Below are positions 48,406-63,402 of a stretch of DNA of 64,000 nt, piece by piece. The notes beneath the pieces are model-generated. The model saw only the letters and a program-made list of their open reading frames with translations. It made no database searches and had not been told where the DNA came from. Positions within the stretch are counted from its first letter, which is position 1, and each line of letters starts with the position of its first letter. The position numbers and the translations under genes were made by a program. Source of the DNA: the human T2T-CHM13v2.0 reference genome, Homo sapiens; assembly GCF_009914755.1 (NCBI RefSeq), contig NC_060931.1; one strand, given 5' to 3'.

Positions 48406-49003
48406 CCCTTCTTCATTCTGTACTAGCCAGACAGGAATCCTCACTCTTCCAGGAACACGCCAGGCTTGCTTTCTCTTTAGGGCCTTTGCACTAGCTGGTT
48501 CCTCTGTTTGGAGCATTCTTGATTATACAGCCAATCCCTTCAGCTTCTTCCAGTCTTGGCTCACCTGTCACCTCTTCAATGGGGCCTTTCTGGCCACCCT
48601 ATTTAATACCACACTGTGTCCCTCCTCCCTCACACTCTCCATCCCTTTATCTTACTCTGTTTTTATTTTCACACAGCACTTATCACCTTATTTCATTACT
48701 TATTATGTTATTATCTGTTTCCTCCTGATAGAATATAAGCTACTTGGAGGTAGGGATCTTCCACTGCTGTGTCTCAAGTGCCTATATCTGTGACTGGTAT
48801 AGGGTAAATTTTCCATAACTATTTAGTGAATAAGTAAATTCGACGTCATATGTGTATATCTCATAATTTGATTTTCTGAAAAGTTACAAAATCCTTTACT
48901 TATATGATAAACTAGACTCATCTGCATTGGGACATCTTCCTTATACCAAATAAATGATATCTGTTAATAAAGATATTGGGATACAGATTTAGTCATCCAC
49001 AAA

Positions 49004-49355
<352 letters not shown>

Positions 49356-49685
49356 TGATAACATCTCTTTTTCTATAACTTTTCTATCATTATTTTTCTT
49401 CCAGATATTTTAGTGTGAGAAAATAATTTTCTGTTCAAATGCCATTGTCCAAACTGTCAGAGATACTATCTTATAAGGAATTATTATTGGAAGGAAACAA
49501 AATCAGTTTATATATCAATACTGGTGGATCTTGAGATACTTAGAAAACTAGGTCACATCCCCTCAGTTATGAGATCAGAGGGGAACTTAAAAGAAAGAAG
49601 ACTTTTACCTTGTTAGAAAGTTAAAATCAAGTGTGAACTCTTTTTATGTAGACATCTTCTGTGTGAGTTTATTTTTTAAGGACTT

Positions 49686-50055
<370 letters not shown>

Positions 50056-50943
50056 TGACATGCAATTGAAATTTCATTTTCAAGCCATAATAAATGGTAT
50101 ACTGAAAATTTCCCCTATTTGTTAGTTACAAACAAAACAATTCTGTCTTTTCCTCCACTTCTAGAATATTTTCAAATTGGTCATATAGGAGGTCAAAAGA
50201 AATCTCTATGAATTCATGTTTGACAATCTATAAAGTATGTTTCAGCTGGGACTGCTAACAGAAAAGACTGATGTGAACCTGATATCACCAATGGCTACTT
50301 TATGGGACCTGAAAAGAGCTTCATAGAGGATTTCAGAGCCATTTAGCCCTAGGTCCAGCTGTGCCTGAAACCATCTTTCCTTGAACACTTCAGTTATATG
50401 AGACAAAAAAGTCTCCTTTTCACTTAAGCCAATTTGAATTGAATTCTAGCACTTGCCACTCACATGGACATTTTATCAAGTGTCAAGGGCAACAAGGAGT
50501 TACACTGAGTTCCCCCAGAGAAGGAAGGAGAAAGATAGAAGCACAAGGGAAGCTAATGTTTAGATCACAAGATAGAAACTGCTGCCCAGGAGGAGAGAAA
50601 AAACCCCTGAGGTTGGAAGAACGCAGGGTGTCTGATTAATGAATGGCAGGGCTATCCTCCCACTCAGCTGCCCTGGAGGATTCCACAGAAATGGCACATG
50701 CATGCCTGTGATTTGTTCCTTAAGTGCCTCAGCCTTAAGAGCAGTAGTAATGCCTGTGACCAATCCTGTGGTCAGTGTAGGGTATAGGGCTCCCAAAATA
50801 TTGTGCCATGGCCTAACAGGGTTATCCAGTTGCCTCAGTGTGCTGTAAATTTTTTTTTCATTTTTACTGTATTCCCTGATGTAAAAAAAGAGATTGGAAA
50901 GCACTAGAAGAGGATTGCCATGTGAGGTTTCTATCATAGAGCT

Positions 50944-51465
50944 TGTAGCAGACAAATCATCATCCCCCAAAGATGTCCATGTCCTAATTCCTAGAACCTG
51001 CGAATATGTTGGGTTACCTGGCAAGGGGGAATTAAGGTGGCAGATGGAATTAAGTTTGTTAATCAGATGGCTTCAAAATAAGGAGATTATTCTGGATTAT
51101 CCATGTGGACCCAGTGTAATCACAAGGGTTTTTAAATGGGAAGGAGGGAGACGGAAGAATTAGAATCTCTGGGAGATGGCATCATCCTGAGAAAGACTGG
51201 AGCTGCCCTTGCTGGCTTTGAAGATGGAGGAAGGGGCCACTAACTGGGGAATGCAGCCAGCTTCACGAAGCTGGAAAAGGTAAGAAAATGAATTCTCTCC
51301 CATGGTCTCTAGAAAGGAAAATGGGCCTTCCTGACACCTTGACTTTAGACCAGTGAGGCCCACTGTGGACTTCTGACCTTTGGAACTCTAATGTAATAAA
51401 TCTGTGTTGTTTTTGTCCACTAAGTATGTGGCACATTGTTACAGCTGCAATAGGAAACTCATAAA
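50944..51465 (+). mobile_element. MLT1C/D-type LTR
   Basis: CCCCAAAGATGTCCATGTCCTAAT...GGATTATCC...GGCTTTGAAGATGGAGGAAGGGGCC motifs. Confidence 0.8.
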
Positions 51466-51786
51466 GTGTCCTATGGATGGAAGTTCTGTGCTTGATGGCA
51501 ATGCGGGCAACAGCAAGAGGATCAGTAACAATGATGACAGATGTGGACTAAGGGCCAGGCCTGCCCAATTTTGCTATTATTGTGTTAGTCCCAGGATTCT
51601 TGTAGATTTCTCAGAGGGATGGCAGGTGCATCCATAATGATGATATTGACCATCCCATCAGCAGGTAGGTGGGAGATCCAAACCAGATTTAAGTTGATTT
51701 GGAAAGTTAAGTTCTTGGACCAGAATGTCATGGGACAAATTTATACCCAATAATATGCCTTATCGATTATGTATCATCAATTTTGA

Positions 51787-52143
<357 letters not shown>

Positions 52144-54523
52144 GAATATCATGTCTTTACAACTGTGTCTGTCTTTTTTTTCTGGAGAATTTCTGCTACT
52201 TGAAGTTTATGCACTTCTCCCATTTGATGTTATTCTCAGCAGCAATAACACTACTTCATCTGTGTTAATTGTCACTAAACTTTGGTGATCTCTTTTTCAA
52301 CTTGCTTCCACTGTGAGCAGAACTCAATTAACTACAAAACTTGTCTCTTCTCCTATTATTGACCACCCCTCCTACTTGCATTAATGTCTTTAGGCTCAAA
52401 GTCTCCTCATCCCTCTTTCCATTCTCATTTCTGAGGACGTTCTGTTGTCTTGCTATCTTAAAGGCACAGAACATCATAAAAGATTATGAATTTATTCTCT
52501 ATTATGGCTATATCCAAACTTCTTACTCTCTAAACTCTGTTGTTGCAGTTTGTTTAAAGCTTTCTTTTTATTACGCTCTCTGACTTTACTTTCTTCCTAC
52601 TACTTTTCCACTGAATTATGAGCACCACATTATTAAAAATGATTATCATTTTGTTATTGACGGCCTAAAGCTTTTAATTAGAAGTTGATTTGTAACAGTT
52701 TATATAGTTGCTGCTGCATAATAAAAATGCAGAAACATTACATTCAATTTCATTTCAGAAAGAAGCATACTGCTAATTGGCTAGAAAGCTCTTGTATTGG
52801 TGGTATGCAGTCACATATTTGCCAAAGTCTCTTTTATTTTTCCATTTACTTTGAGTAGTGATGGGAAACTGTAGACTAAAGTCTCAGATACTTAATTTTA
52901 TTTGTTGACTGCGACTGGGTGGTCGGTTGCTGTTTTTCACTTATCTTGAAGTATTTTCTATAATAAACTACCATGTAAAGAGTAACTTTGCAGTCTTAGT
53001 GCTATTATGTCTTATAAAAATCACTTGGTATATATTGTCCTAATTGCAGTTTAAGATGCAGCATTTGTTTTAATCAGCTGGATTAAAAAATATGTTGCCC
53101 AAGGGTGAAAACTTTTTTTCAAAATTGTCAGCTTCTTTATTTTTTTCACTATTACTAGGAAAGAGGATAAAATCATCCTTATTGTATTTGAGTTACTGCC
53201 TGAGGGACAGGGTTTTTTTCATTTAATTTCACTGATGTATTAGCATTTGTGACACAGCAGAAGCTGGAACATTACAAATGTCTGTAATTGTTTGCATTGC
53301 TGTAGGGAATATAATGTTGTTAATATCTATTACTGGACTAAACGAATGAATTAAGTAGCCAGAAACAAATATGATTGTCAAGCATGATTTAATTGGTGTA
53401 TAGCTTTGGAACAGCTGCCAAATTTAATATGGAGGGTGGAGGAGGGTTTCACATTTGCAAATACCAATGTTAGACACCTCTGGTTCCCCACTAGATGGGG
53501 GCCGTGCTTTGCTGTAAAGCTGTGTACAGCCTGGATGCTGCAGTGTGGTTTAAAATGATCTACAGATTTTTTCTTTTCCTTCGATGTTCTGTTGCTGTCT
53601 TTCTATTGTTAGCTATTATCTGTGCCTCATGCATGCTTTTGCCCTTTGGAGTGGGCCATAAAAGAGAGGATTAAATCAGAAGGAGGGACCAGAGGGTAGA
53701 ATGAGTGCCAACCTAAGTTCCACTGTGGAAAGGCTGAGATTTTCCTTTTATTTTCCTCACTGGTTTCCTCTGCCTTGCTTTTGGGTGTACGGTTGTGCCT
53801 GGTTGCCTGGGACCTGTCTTCCTTGGGTGCACCTGGTATATTTTGAAATATACCTTTTCAGTGTCCTGTTTCCTCGTATAGATTTGGATTCCTATTTGGG
53901 TTCATCAAATACTGTACTCATTGGGCAGCTTTTATGTATTAGGTACAGTGCCAAGCATTTTCACATCAGCCATCTCATTCTCACAATTCTGTGGAGCAGA
54001 GGTTATGATCCATTTTTCAGCCAGGTGGCAGTTAGCTATTCTGGAAAGGTAATATGCTAAGCATGTCTTCTAAATTGGCATGCTTGTGAACATTTCCACA
54101 ATATTTCAATATTGTGGCCCAATAAATTCAGAGTATGTGGGGACAGACATTATTAAAAAGGCCTATTTGTTGTAGGACTTCCCTGATTCTTTAACAGTGA
54201 CTTCTGGCCATTGAAAATCCTCACCCTGTCAAAATCCCATTAATGATATTTCTACTACTTTGGATGCAAAACTCTTCCTTACATGTCTGTGGTGTCTACG
54301 GATGTCCTAATTTAGAACAAACATTCTTCTGCAAGATCAAATGTTCCCATTAAAAATGCTACTCAGAATACTGCTAGTTCTAGCCAGCATCTTCACAGCA
54401 CTTATGGGAAAGAAAGAGATCAGCAGGGAGCCAAATCCCCAGAACAGCAGGTGAATTGTCAATCTTCTTGGCAGGAGGTAGGATGGAAGCAACCAATGAT
54501 GGCATCTTTATTGTGTCACTTTT

Positions 54524-54540
54524 ATTTTTCTTTCTTTCTC

Positions 54541-54596
<56 letters not shown>

Positions 54597-55005
54597 TCCT
54601 TTTCTTTCTTTCCCTTCTTTCTTTCTTTCTTTCCTTTTCTTTCTTTCCCTTCTTTCTTTCTTTCTCTCCTTCCTTCCTTCCTTCCTTTCTCTCTCTCTTT
54701 CTTTCTTTTTTTTTGAGACTGAGTCTCATTCTCTTGCCCAGGCTGGAGTGCAATGATGTAATCTTGGCTCACTGCATCCTTCGCCTCCCGGGTTCAAGAG
54801 ATTCTCCTGCTTCAGCCTCCTGAGTAGCTGGGATTACAGGCACACATCACCATGCCCAGCTTTTTTTTTTTTTTTTTTGTATTTTTATAGAGACGGGGTT
54901 TCACCGTGTTGGCCAGGCTGGTCTTGAACTCCTGACCTCAGGTGATCTGCCTGCCTCAGCCTCCCAAAGTGCTGGGATTACAGGCATGAGTCACTGTGCC
55001 CGGCC
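54524..55005 (-). mobile_element. AluS with ~190-bp (TTTC)n/(TTCC)n expanded tail, TSD TTGTGTCACTTTT
   Basis: Alu body ~54715-55005; the TSD brackets both the Alu and the microsatellite. Confidence 0.92.
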
Positions 55006-55435
55006 TTGTGTCACTTTTCATAGCATATATATTAGGAGGTCAGTATCTTCTGCTACTTCATCAGGTTTAATGACTGGCATTACCTGGAAAGTTCTTCTCC
55101 TCTAATGTCAATTCCTAGATTACGGATTATGGCTTTCAGTTGTCCCAGGTTGTCCTGAATCTAATGGCTATATTTATTGGAAATCATGGATATTAACATA
55201 TACTTTCTCATCTAAGGGCTGAATTGTGTGAGCTATTAAACAATCATGTTTCAGTAAATCAAATACTCCATTTCACATTGAGGCTTATCGATACGAGGAA
55301 AATAAAACTGTGAGTTTTCAAATTCTCCAAGGACAAGGATCTTTGGAACTCTGCCCCTAGAAATGCTGGAGTCATCTTCAGATAAGACCTAACATCAGTA
55401 CCCTCACTGACTGCCTGACTTGATGCTGGGCTTAG

Positions 55436-56097
<662 letters not shown>

Positions 56098-57369
56098 TTG
56101 ATCCTTTCTTTCTTAGAAGGCCTCTGAACTACTTGTGCAAATTTGTTCACATCCTTCAGGACACTTCAGAAGTCTCTCTTTGCCACAACCCCCATCATAT
56201 ACATGTATATTATTTATTATATTTCTGCATCATTGGACATCTTATTATCAAAAGCCCCAAACAAGCAAAAACAACTTCTTGTAACAGGATACTAAATGCA
56301 ACACTTCTTGTTGTGTCAGAGGAAGGCCGAGGCCACAGGCTGGGAGCAATACGGCGATGTCAAGTAGTCTCGCAGTCTAAAGCAATGGACCAGACATGCA
56401 AAGACATGTGACCTCTGGTTCTGCCGCCATTGTTCCAATGCCCACCTCAGGTCTACAGAAGAGAAGCAAGGAAGATGCAGAGTGAGGATGACTTTGTAGA
56501 CACTTAACCTGGCTCTGTTGTCCCTACCCAACATGCACTTCAGGAAAACTGAAATCTGACCGCTGTTGAAAGATCTCATGGGAGAGGGTATGGCTAGAGC
56601 TGCCCCAGAACTTCGGGGAAGGAGACAGGACTGTGCTGGGGATGGCCTCTTCTTCCAGGGTTTGGGGAGCAGGGGTGAATCAGTATTTGGCTAGGTATGG
56701 ATACTGTGGAAGGCAACTGGACTGGGTTGCCTTGAGAGGGTCTTCATCCTAGAGGAATGCTTTCCAGGTCAAAGTGACCCCAACATAAGAGGAGAATACT
56801 GGGAACTAGGGGGCTGAGCAGGAAGTCCAACAGCACCTGCTGGAGGAGTCCCCCAGCATCAAAGGAACTACAGAGAAGAGATCCTTTGAGTCATGGGGAG
56901 TGGTCTCTAAAGATACTACTGAAGTCCTACACAAGAGTTCTCTTGGGCCATTTTCTCAGCCCAGTGGGCCCCAAAGCAAGATTACAACTGTACCCAGGTG
57001 TAAAACCTTTTGGGACCTTCTCGCTCCTCCTTCTTCTCTCACTGTGGCTCCATCCAGAGGTCCCAGAGTGTCATACTAAGTATAGCAAGGATGAGAAAGA
57101 AGTGGGATGTTCTGCACTTCTCCACTGCAGGATTTTTGGCCTGAGGAAGGAAGAAGAGAGTAAAACTGGATAAAAGACTAAAGTGTTAGTAGTAAATTTG
57201 GTCAGATATTTTATTGCCTAAAATGCTCAGAGGGCTTTAAATTACCTGAGACTGACCTGAAAATATACAGGACCTGCTTAGGGTTTCCTTCAAGGACACA
57301 GAAGAGCAAGCTGTGAGAGCCAGCGCGAGTCACTGAGGGGAGCAGGAATGGCTGCCCTCTGCTTGCGCC

Positions 57370-57636
57370 CTTTGAACTTGTCAATCTGTCATAAGGAAAT
57401 CACATTAATGGGATGTTTTTCTGCTACAAATAGCTTTTGTTTTCACATTTTAATTACAGGGCTAGATTTTTCTTGATTTCTAAATTATTCGAAGACCTGG
57501 GCAAAAAGGAAAATGAAAAGTAATGTTGTTTCAAAAGATGTCCTTGAAATTCCAAGCAGCCTGTTAGTTGGGAGAGGTGGGGTAGAAAGGAGAGACCATG
57601 TATGTTTGTCCCCATATTTCCCACGACATGACCAAA
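57370..57636 (+). repeat. Left arm of 267-bp inverted duplication
   Basis: Hand alignment to the reverse complement of 58636-58902: about 21 differences (~92% identity). Confidence 0.95.
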
Positions 57637-58635
57637 CTGGACCCATGGGTCCAGTTCGTCTAACGATGAATTCTGAACCCTGTAGATGTTTTGTTCTACT
57701 GGGAGGCACTATTCAGGAGGCATTGACTGTTAGGAAGTAGCTGAGGCTGGTCTGATTTACTCTGGCAACAATGTCCTAAGGAAAATCTCCGGGAGGTACT
57801 GGGTCTGTCTACTACCTTTACTGCAGTCCTGGTATCATGGGTGAGCGCAGATGTCCGAACTCATCAAACTGCACTCATTCAGCTGTACACACATGTACAG
57901 TTCTTTGTATATCTATATCTCAAACACCTGCTGGTGGGCAAAGTGAGTAAATCCAGGGCCTGGGAGTGAATTTAAAACATTTTGCATAGATTTATTCTTT
58001 CCACACTTTTCAGAAATCAGAATGATAAGATTTAGAAAGAATTACAGAGATAGACTTTCACAACTCAGTTTACCAACTGTCTTTTTTTTAATCAGAATGG
58101 TTCCTCCCCGCATTTTTAACGTATAGCTAGTTTTGAAGTCAGAAGGAAGAGTACTAAGATTTGCAACTTAAAAGAAATGTTCATAGTTTCTTTCTATCTT
58201 GTCCAACTCTTTCTTCCTTGGAGTTTCCCTTGGAAAACACAGCAGTACATAGTTGCCACCTCCTGTTTCCCCAGCTTTCTCAGTAGTGGAAATTAATTCT
58301 AATTTAGCTCTTTTAATGAACTTACTAATTTGTTCAGAAAATGTGTTCATAAACTTCTACAACCATGGACTACCCTTAAGCAATTAAACATGTAAAAAAT
58401 GAACATTTTTCTGGCCTATAATGACTGAATAAAGTAGCTCAGGGCCTAAGGGGAAAGGGAGGCTCCCCTAGCCAGCACTAACTAGCAATATTAATTGATA
58501 ATCCTTAGCAGTTATCCTTAATTAAACCTCATAACACTCTTGTGGGGAAGATGTCTTTTTTTGTTGTTGTTGTTCAGATGAGGAAACTATCCAAAAGAAG
58601 CAAAATGGTAAAGTACCTGCTTAAGCCTTTGGCTT

Positions 58636-58902
58636 TTTGGTCATGTCGCAGGAAGTATGGGGACAAATATACATGGTCTCTCCCTTTTACCCCTTCTTCT
58701 CCCAACTAAAAGGCTGCTTGGAATTTCAAGGACATTTTTTGATACAACTTTACTTTTTATTTTCCTTTTTGCATAGGTCTTTGAAGAATTTAGAAATCAA
58801 GAAAAATCTAGCCCTGTAATTAAAATGTGAAAACAAAAGCTATTTGTAGAGAAAAACATCCCATTAATGTGATTTCCTAGTGACAGATTGACAAGTTCAA
58901 AG
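58636..58902 (-). repeat. Right arm of 267-bp inverted duplication
   Basis: Reverse complement of 57370-57636. Confidence 0.95.
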
Positions 58903-60589
58903 CAGTAATGCATGTTGCCATGGGCACCAGATTCTGTTTGCTCGGCTGGCTCATTTTACTTAGCTGCTGAAGAAGGAGAGTCGCATTCAGCCAGGGATCA
59001 CTGAGCATTGTAAGAATAGATTTGTAATTTTTATGTAATACCCTCTCTTTATAAATCTATACAGATAACAACTGTGAACAGCTTATAGTCACTTTAGGGG
59101 CAGAGTTTTCAGAATCTCTTAGGAATATAGATTGCAAAAGTAGGGGTGGGGGCAGGGAGTGCTTTTTCTCCCTTCTCAAGCATCTCATCCATAAGAGGCT
59201 GTAAATAAATATTTGTAAAAAAGATGGGGGATGGATGAATGGTAACTCATTGTCATGTGCTCGCTACCTGAATTAAACTTTGGATTTGTGGTGGCAGGGG
59301 GTGCGGGGTGTTGGGACAGAAATTGTGATGAAGCAAAGAAAAGGCAGGGGAAAGAGAAGAATATCAGAGAAGGAAGCAAACATTCTGGAGTGGCTTATAA
59401 TCATTCAGACACAGGGACACAGAATTAAATCTGCCTGTGTGCAGAGGAAGAGGGAGAGAGGGCAAGAATGAGTGAAACAGATGGAAACCCTAAGACTACT
59501 GGAGTCAAATACACAAAAGCAGTTATGCTGATGATGTTCTGGTGTCAACTCTCATCCCTCTTCCTTCATTAGGTGCTTAGAGCACCTAACAGGGAGTAAG
59601 AAATGGGGGAAAAACTTGCCCTATCTGCAGGTACAGGATTGGTTCCTTGGCGTTGAACCAAAGAATGAAGTTTTGCTTCATTTGTTTCAGGTTATCGGGG
59701 CCAGGTGACTTTCGCTTTGAATTATGCATTTTTCCTTCCCTGACAAATGAAGCCTCCTGCCAATGCCTTCAAATCAGGAAAGGCTCCTGCTTCTCGCATT
59801 CAGCAGCAGGCATTTCACAATTTAAAATGATGGGTCCAGAATTGCAGTGAAAGTGGCAATATTTCATAGTGATTTTCTCCCTTCCTTCTCACTCCTACCC
59901 CCATGTTCAGTGTTGTCTAAGCAAATTCTGGCAGTGTCTTTTGTATCTGCATGATGCTTAAGTAAGCAAAAGACGGGGGAAAGCAAATGTCTTCCAAATC
60001 TTCATTTATCATAAACACAAATTGTAGCTTCAGCTCTTTTGCTTGATGCAAATAAGCTGACAGATGTGTATCATTGGCAGCAAATCTTATAACTGACATG
60101 GCCCCAACTGCCGCTAAACATATGTCTATATTTTTGCTGGGAAGGGATAAGATTGGGAAGGAAAATTAATTGGTGTTAATGCTCCCTGACCTCTTGGCTC
60201 CACTTCCTCCTTCTCTGCTTCATTCCTTCCACGCACCTTTTCAGAGCTCCAGTCCCCAGAGGGCTAATGGCTTGGCTGTTCCCAGGGTTCAGGGTACCCC
60301 TCCTCAGTTTACCTGAATTTCAGGCTATTCATTCTTCCTCTCCTTCATGCATTTCCTTCTCAACTCCCCCAACCACCAACTGCCACCAGTTACTCATCTT
60401 TTTCAGTTATTCTCTGGCCTTTGTAGGTAAATGATTGATAATGATTTCTGAGAGTCTGCTAATTCACAAGTATTAATAGAAAATAATAAAATCGAGCATT
60501 GTTCTTCAAACATTCCCACTGCAATCCTCTAATGATAGAAAAAAGTGAATGAGTATCTCTAACGGGGCTCAGAGAGGTAGGATGGAAGG

Positions 60590-60964
60590 TGTATTAGTCA
60601 GTTCTCATGCTGCTTATAAAGAAATACCCGAGACTGGGTGATTTATAAAGAAAAGAGATTTAATTGACTCACAGTTCTGCATGGCTTGGGAGGTCTTAGG
60701 AAACTTACAATAACGGCGGAAGGCACCTCTTCACAGGGTGGCAGGAGAGAGAATGGGTGCAAGCAGGGGAAATGCCAGAAGCTTATAAAACCATCAGGTC
60801 TCGTGAGACTCACTTAATATCACAAGAACAGCAAAGGGGAAACTGCCGCCATGATCCAATTACCTCCACCTGGTCCTGTCCTTGACATGTGAGGATTATG
60901 GGTATTATAATTCAAGATGAGATTTTGGGTGGGGACACAGCCAACATCTGACACAGCCATATCA
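60590..60964 (-). mobile_element. THE1 solo LTR, TSD GAAGG/GGAGG
   Basis: TGTATTAGTC...CCATATCA; small GACACAGCCA duplication near one end. Confidence 0.9.
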
Positions 60965-62451
60965 GGAGGTAAGAGAGTAAGTCTGGGGGAAAGAAGCCTT
61001 GGGAGAAGGAAGTCTTGAGGGAAAGTTCTTAAAATCTGTTTTAAATTGCCTACCCTTTAAATTACTTGGCCTCACCCTTCTAAAATTTCTAGCAAAATTC
61101 ACGTTGTAGAAAGACATGCCTTATTCATCCTGTGCTTTTTCAACACACCTGGAACACTGCTGTGTACTTCTGAAGGTGGGCAGAGGTAAACCTTTAATTC
61201 AAACAAATAAATCTCCATTTATTATTGATCTTAGCCTTTAACAACTTTTATTAGTATGTTTATATCACAAAGGTAATATTTGCTTTTTTTCTTCAAATAA
61301 CACCAAAGAGTGCCAAGAAAAATGTTCTGTCTTCTTAATCCCATTCTTTCAGAGATAATCACTAATAATAATTAGCTAGTTATTCTCTCAGACTTTGAAA
61401 AATGCATATCATTATATGGTCTATAATTTATTCTAAAATACTTAAGTATCTGTATTTCAGCTTTAATCAATACCTTAGGGCTGATTAGTTAACCTTTGAC
61501 ATGCCCTAGTCAAGGCAAATACTCCAGAGATGATTAGTTACCAATAAAAAACTAATTAGAAGGCCACACTCTAGAAGAACCTAGAACACACTGCAAGCTT
61601 TCCAGTTATTTTTAAAATTTATTTAGTATAATGGATATTAGAGATATTTTTTCCTTAGTAAAATTACTAGAGATTAAGATGTGTGAATTGGCTAGAAATA
61701 TTATATAGGTACTCCTGTCCTTGGTGAATAGGGAACAAGAGTCTAGTTAAGTCCAATTCTATACACTTTGCATGGCATGTTAGGTCTAAGAGTCCATTCT
61801 GTCCTCTGTGCATTTAAAAGGGAGAATTTTATCATTTACTTCCAACTAGGTTTACTGAGTACTGTAGGTAGACTATTGTCACATCTGCCTCTGATAAACC
61901 TTTAATACAAGGTCAGTTGGAGTGTCTAAAGGAACAGAGAACTGGCACTTGGTCTTACAAGGGGAGATGGTGACTATGTTTGTGCCTGCCTGCTAATAAA
62001 ATTTTTGTTCCCTCAGCAAAAGTCCATCTGAGACCTGCTTTCATTGCACTGCCTCGTGAGGAGCTGTAGGAGAAGATATCATAACTATTCCCCACTTCTA
62101 ATTGTTAGAAGCAACAGCTGTCTATCAAGAACAATCTGAGGATTGTGCACAAATTGATTTGGGTCAGTTTCAAACATATGTATAGTAAGATGAATAAATA
62201 ATAAACAGACATGAAAATATATACTCCTTTAAAAAACAACAAAAATGGGATTATACAATATATACGGTCTGCTCAAAATCTGTTGTGGGGTAAATCTCTA
62301 ATTCTGGGAATTTTGGGTACCTGCAGGATACTGGTGGAAGTGATTTTTGGGTAAGATGGACTTTTATAAAATTTCAAATTTCTATCATCCAAGTGAATGT
62401 TTGTTCTGCTGATGGGTTGAATCATCTCTTCACAGTTGGCCAGGCATTTAA

Positions 62452-62749
<298 letters not shown>

Positions 62750-63118
62750 CGGAATTTAAAATTTTTTTGTATTTTCTGATTTTCATAGTACAATGCATTC
62801 ATCATGGAAAGATTAGAAAAATAATTTTTCTTTAAGAAGAAAATTAAAATCATCCATAACTTCCCCATTGGGAGATATGTTACTGACAATTTGATGTGTT
62901 TCCTTCCAGTATGAGTGTATGTGCGTAGATATCTTATAAATAAAATCAAACTGCAGGTACAGTTTTCTATCATGATTCTTTTACTTAACATTATATAGTA
63001 AGCATTTCCCTAGTTCATTAAAATGACTTGAAAGCATAATTCTATGGTTGTCTAATAATTCCATCATCTAGATATCACTAAACATTTCCCTGTCATTGGA
63101 CACGTAGATATCTAGATG

Positions 63119-63402
63119 TTTATTTATTTATTTATTTAGACAGGGTTTCACTGTGTCACACAGCTGGAGTGCACTGGTGGGATCTCAGCTCACTGCAGCT
63201 TTGACTTCTAGGGCACAAATGGTTTTCCCACTTCAGCCTCCTGAGTACAGGTGCACCCCACTATGCCCAGGTTAATTTTGTTTACTTTTTGTAGAGACGA
63301 GGTCTTACGATGTTGCCCAGGCCGGTCTCCAACTTGTGCACTCAGTAATCCTTCCATCACAGCTTCCCACAGTGCTGGGGTGTGAACCACCATGGCTGGC
63401 CT
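63119..63402 (-). mobile_element. AluJ-like, degenerate
   Basis: Diverged Alu. Confidence 0.85.

Larger units (their letters stand above)
46540..48835 (+). mobile_element. L2 element interrupted by a CT-rich tract and an MLT2 LTR
   Basis: Pyrimidine-rich L2-like sequence ending GAATATAAGCT...TATTTAGTGAATAA. Confidence 0.6.

Noticed and set aside
57370-58902. DNA transposon with long terminal inverted repeats
   Set aside because: No TSD, no recognisable terminal motif, no transposase remnant; spacer holds only MIR/L1-like scraps. Kept as an inverted duplication
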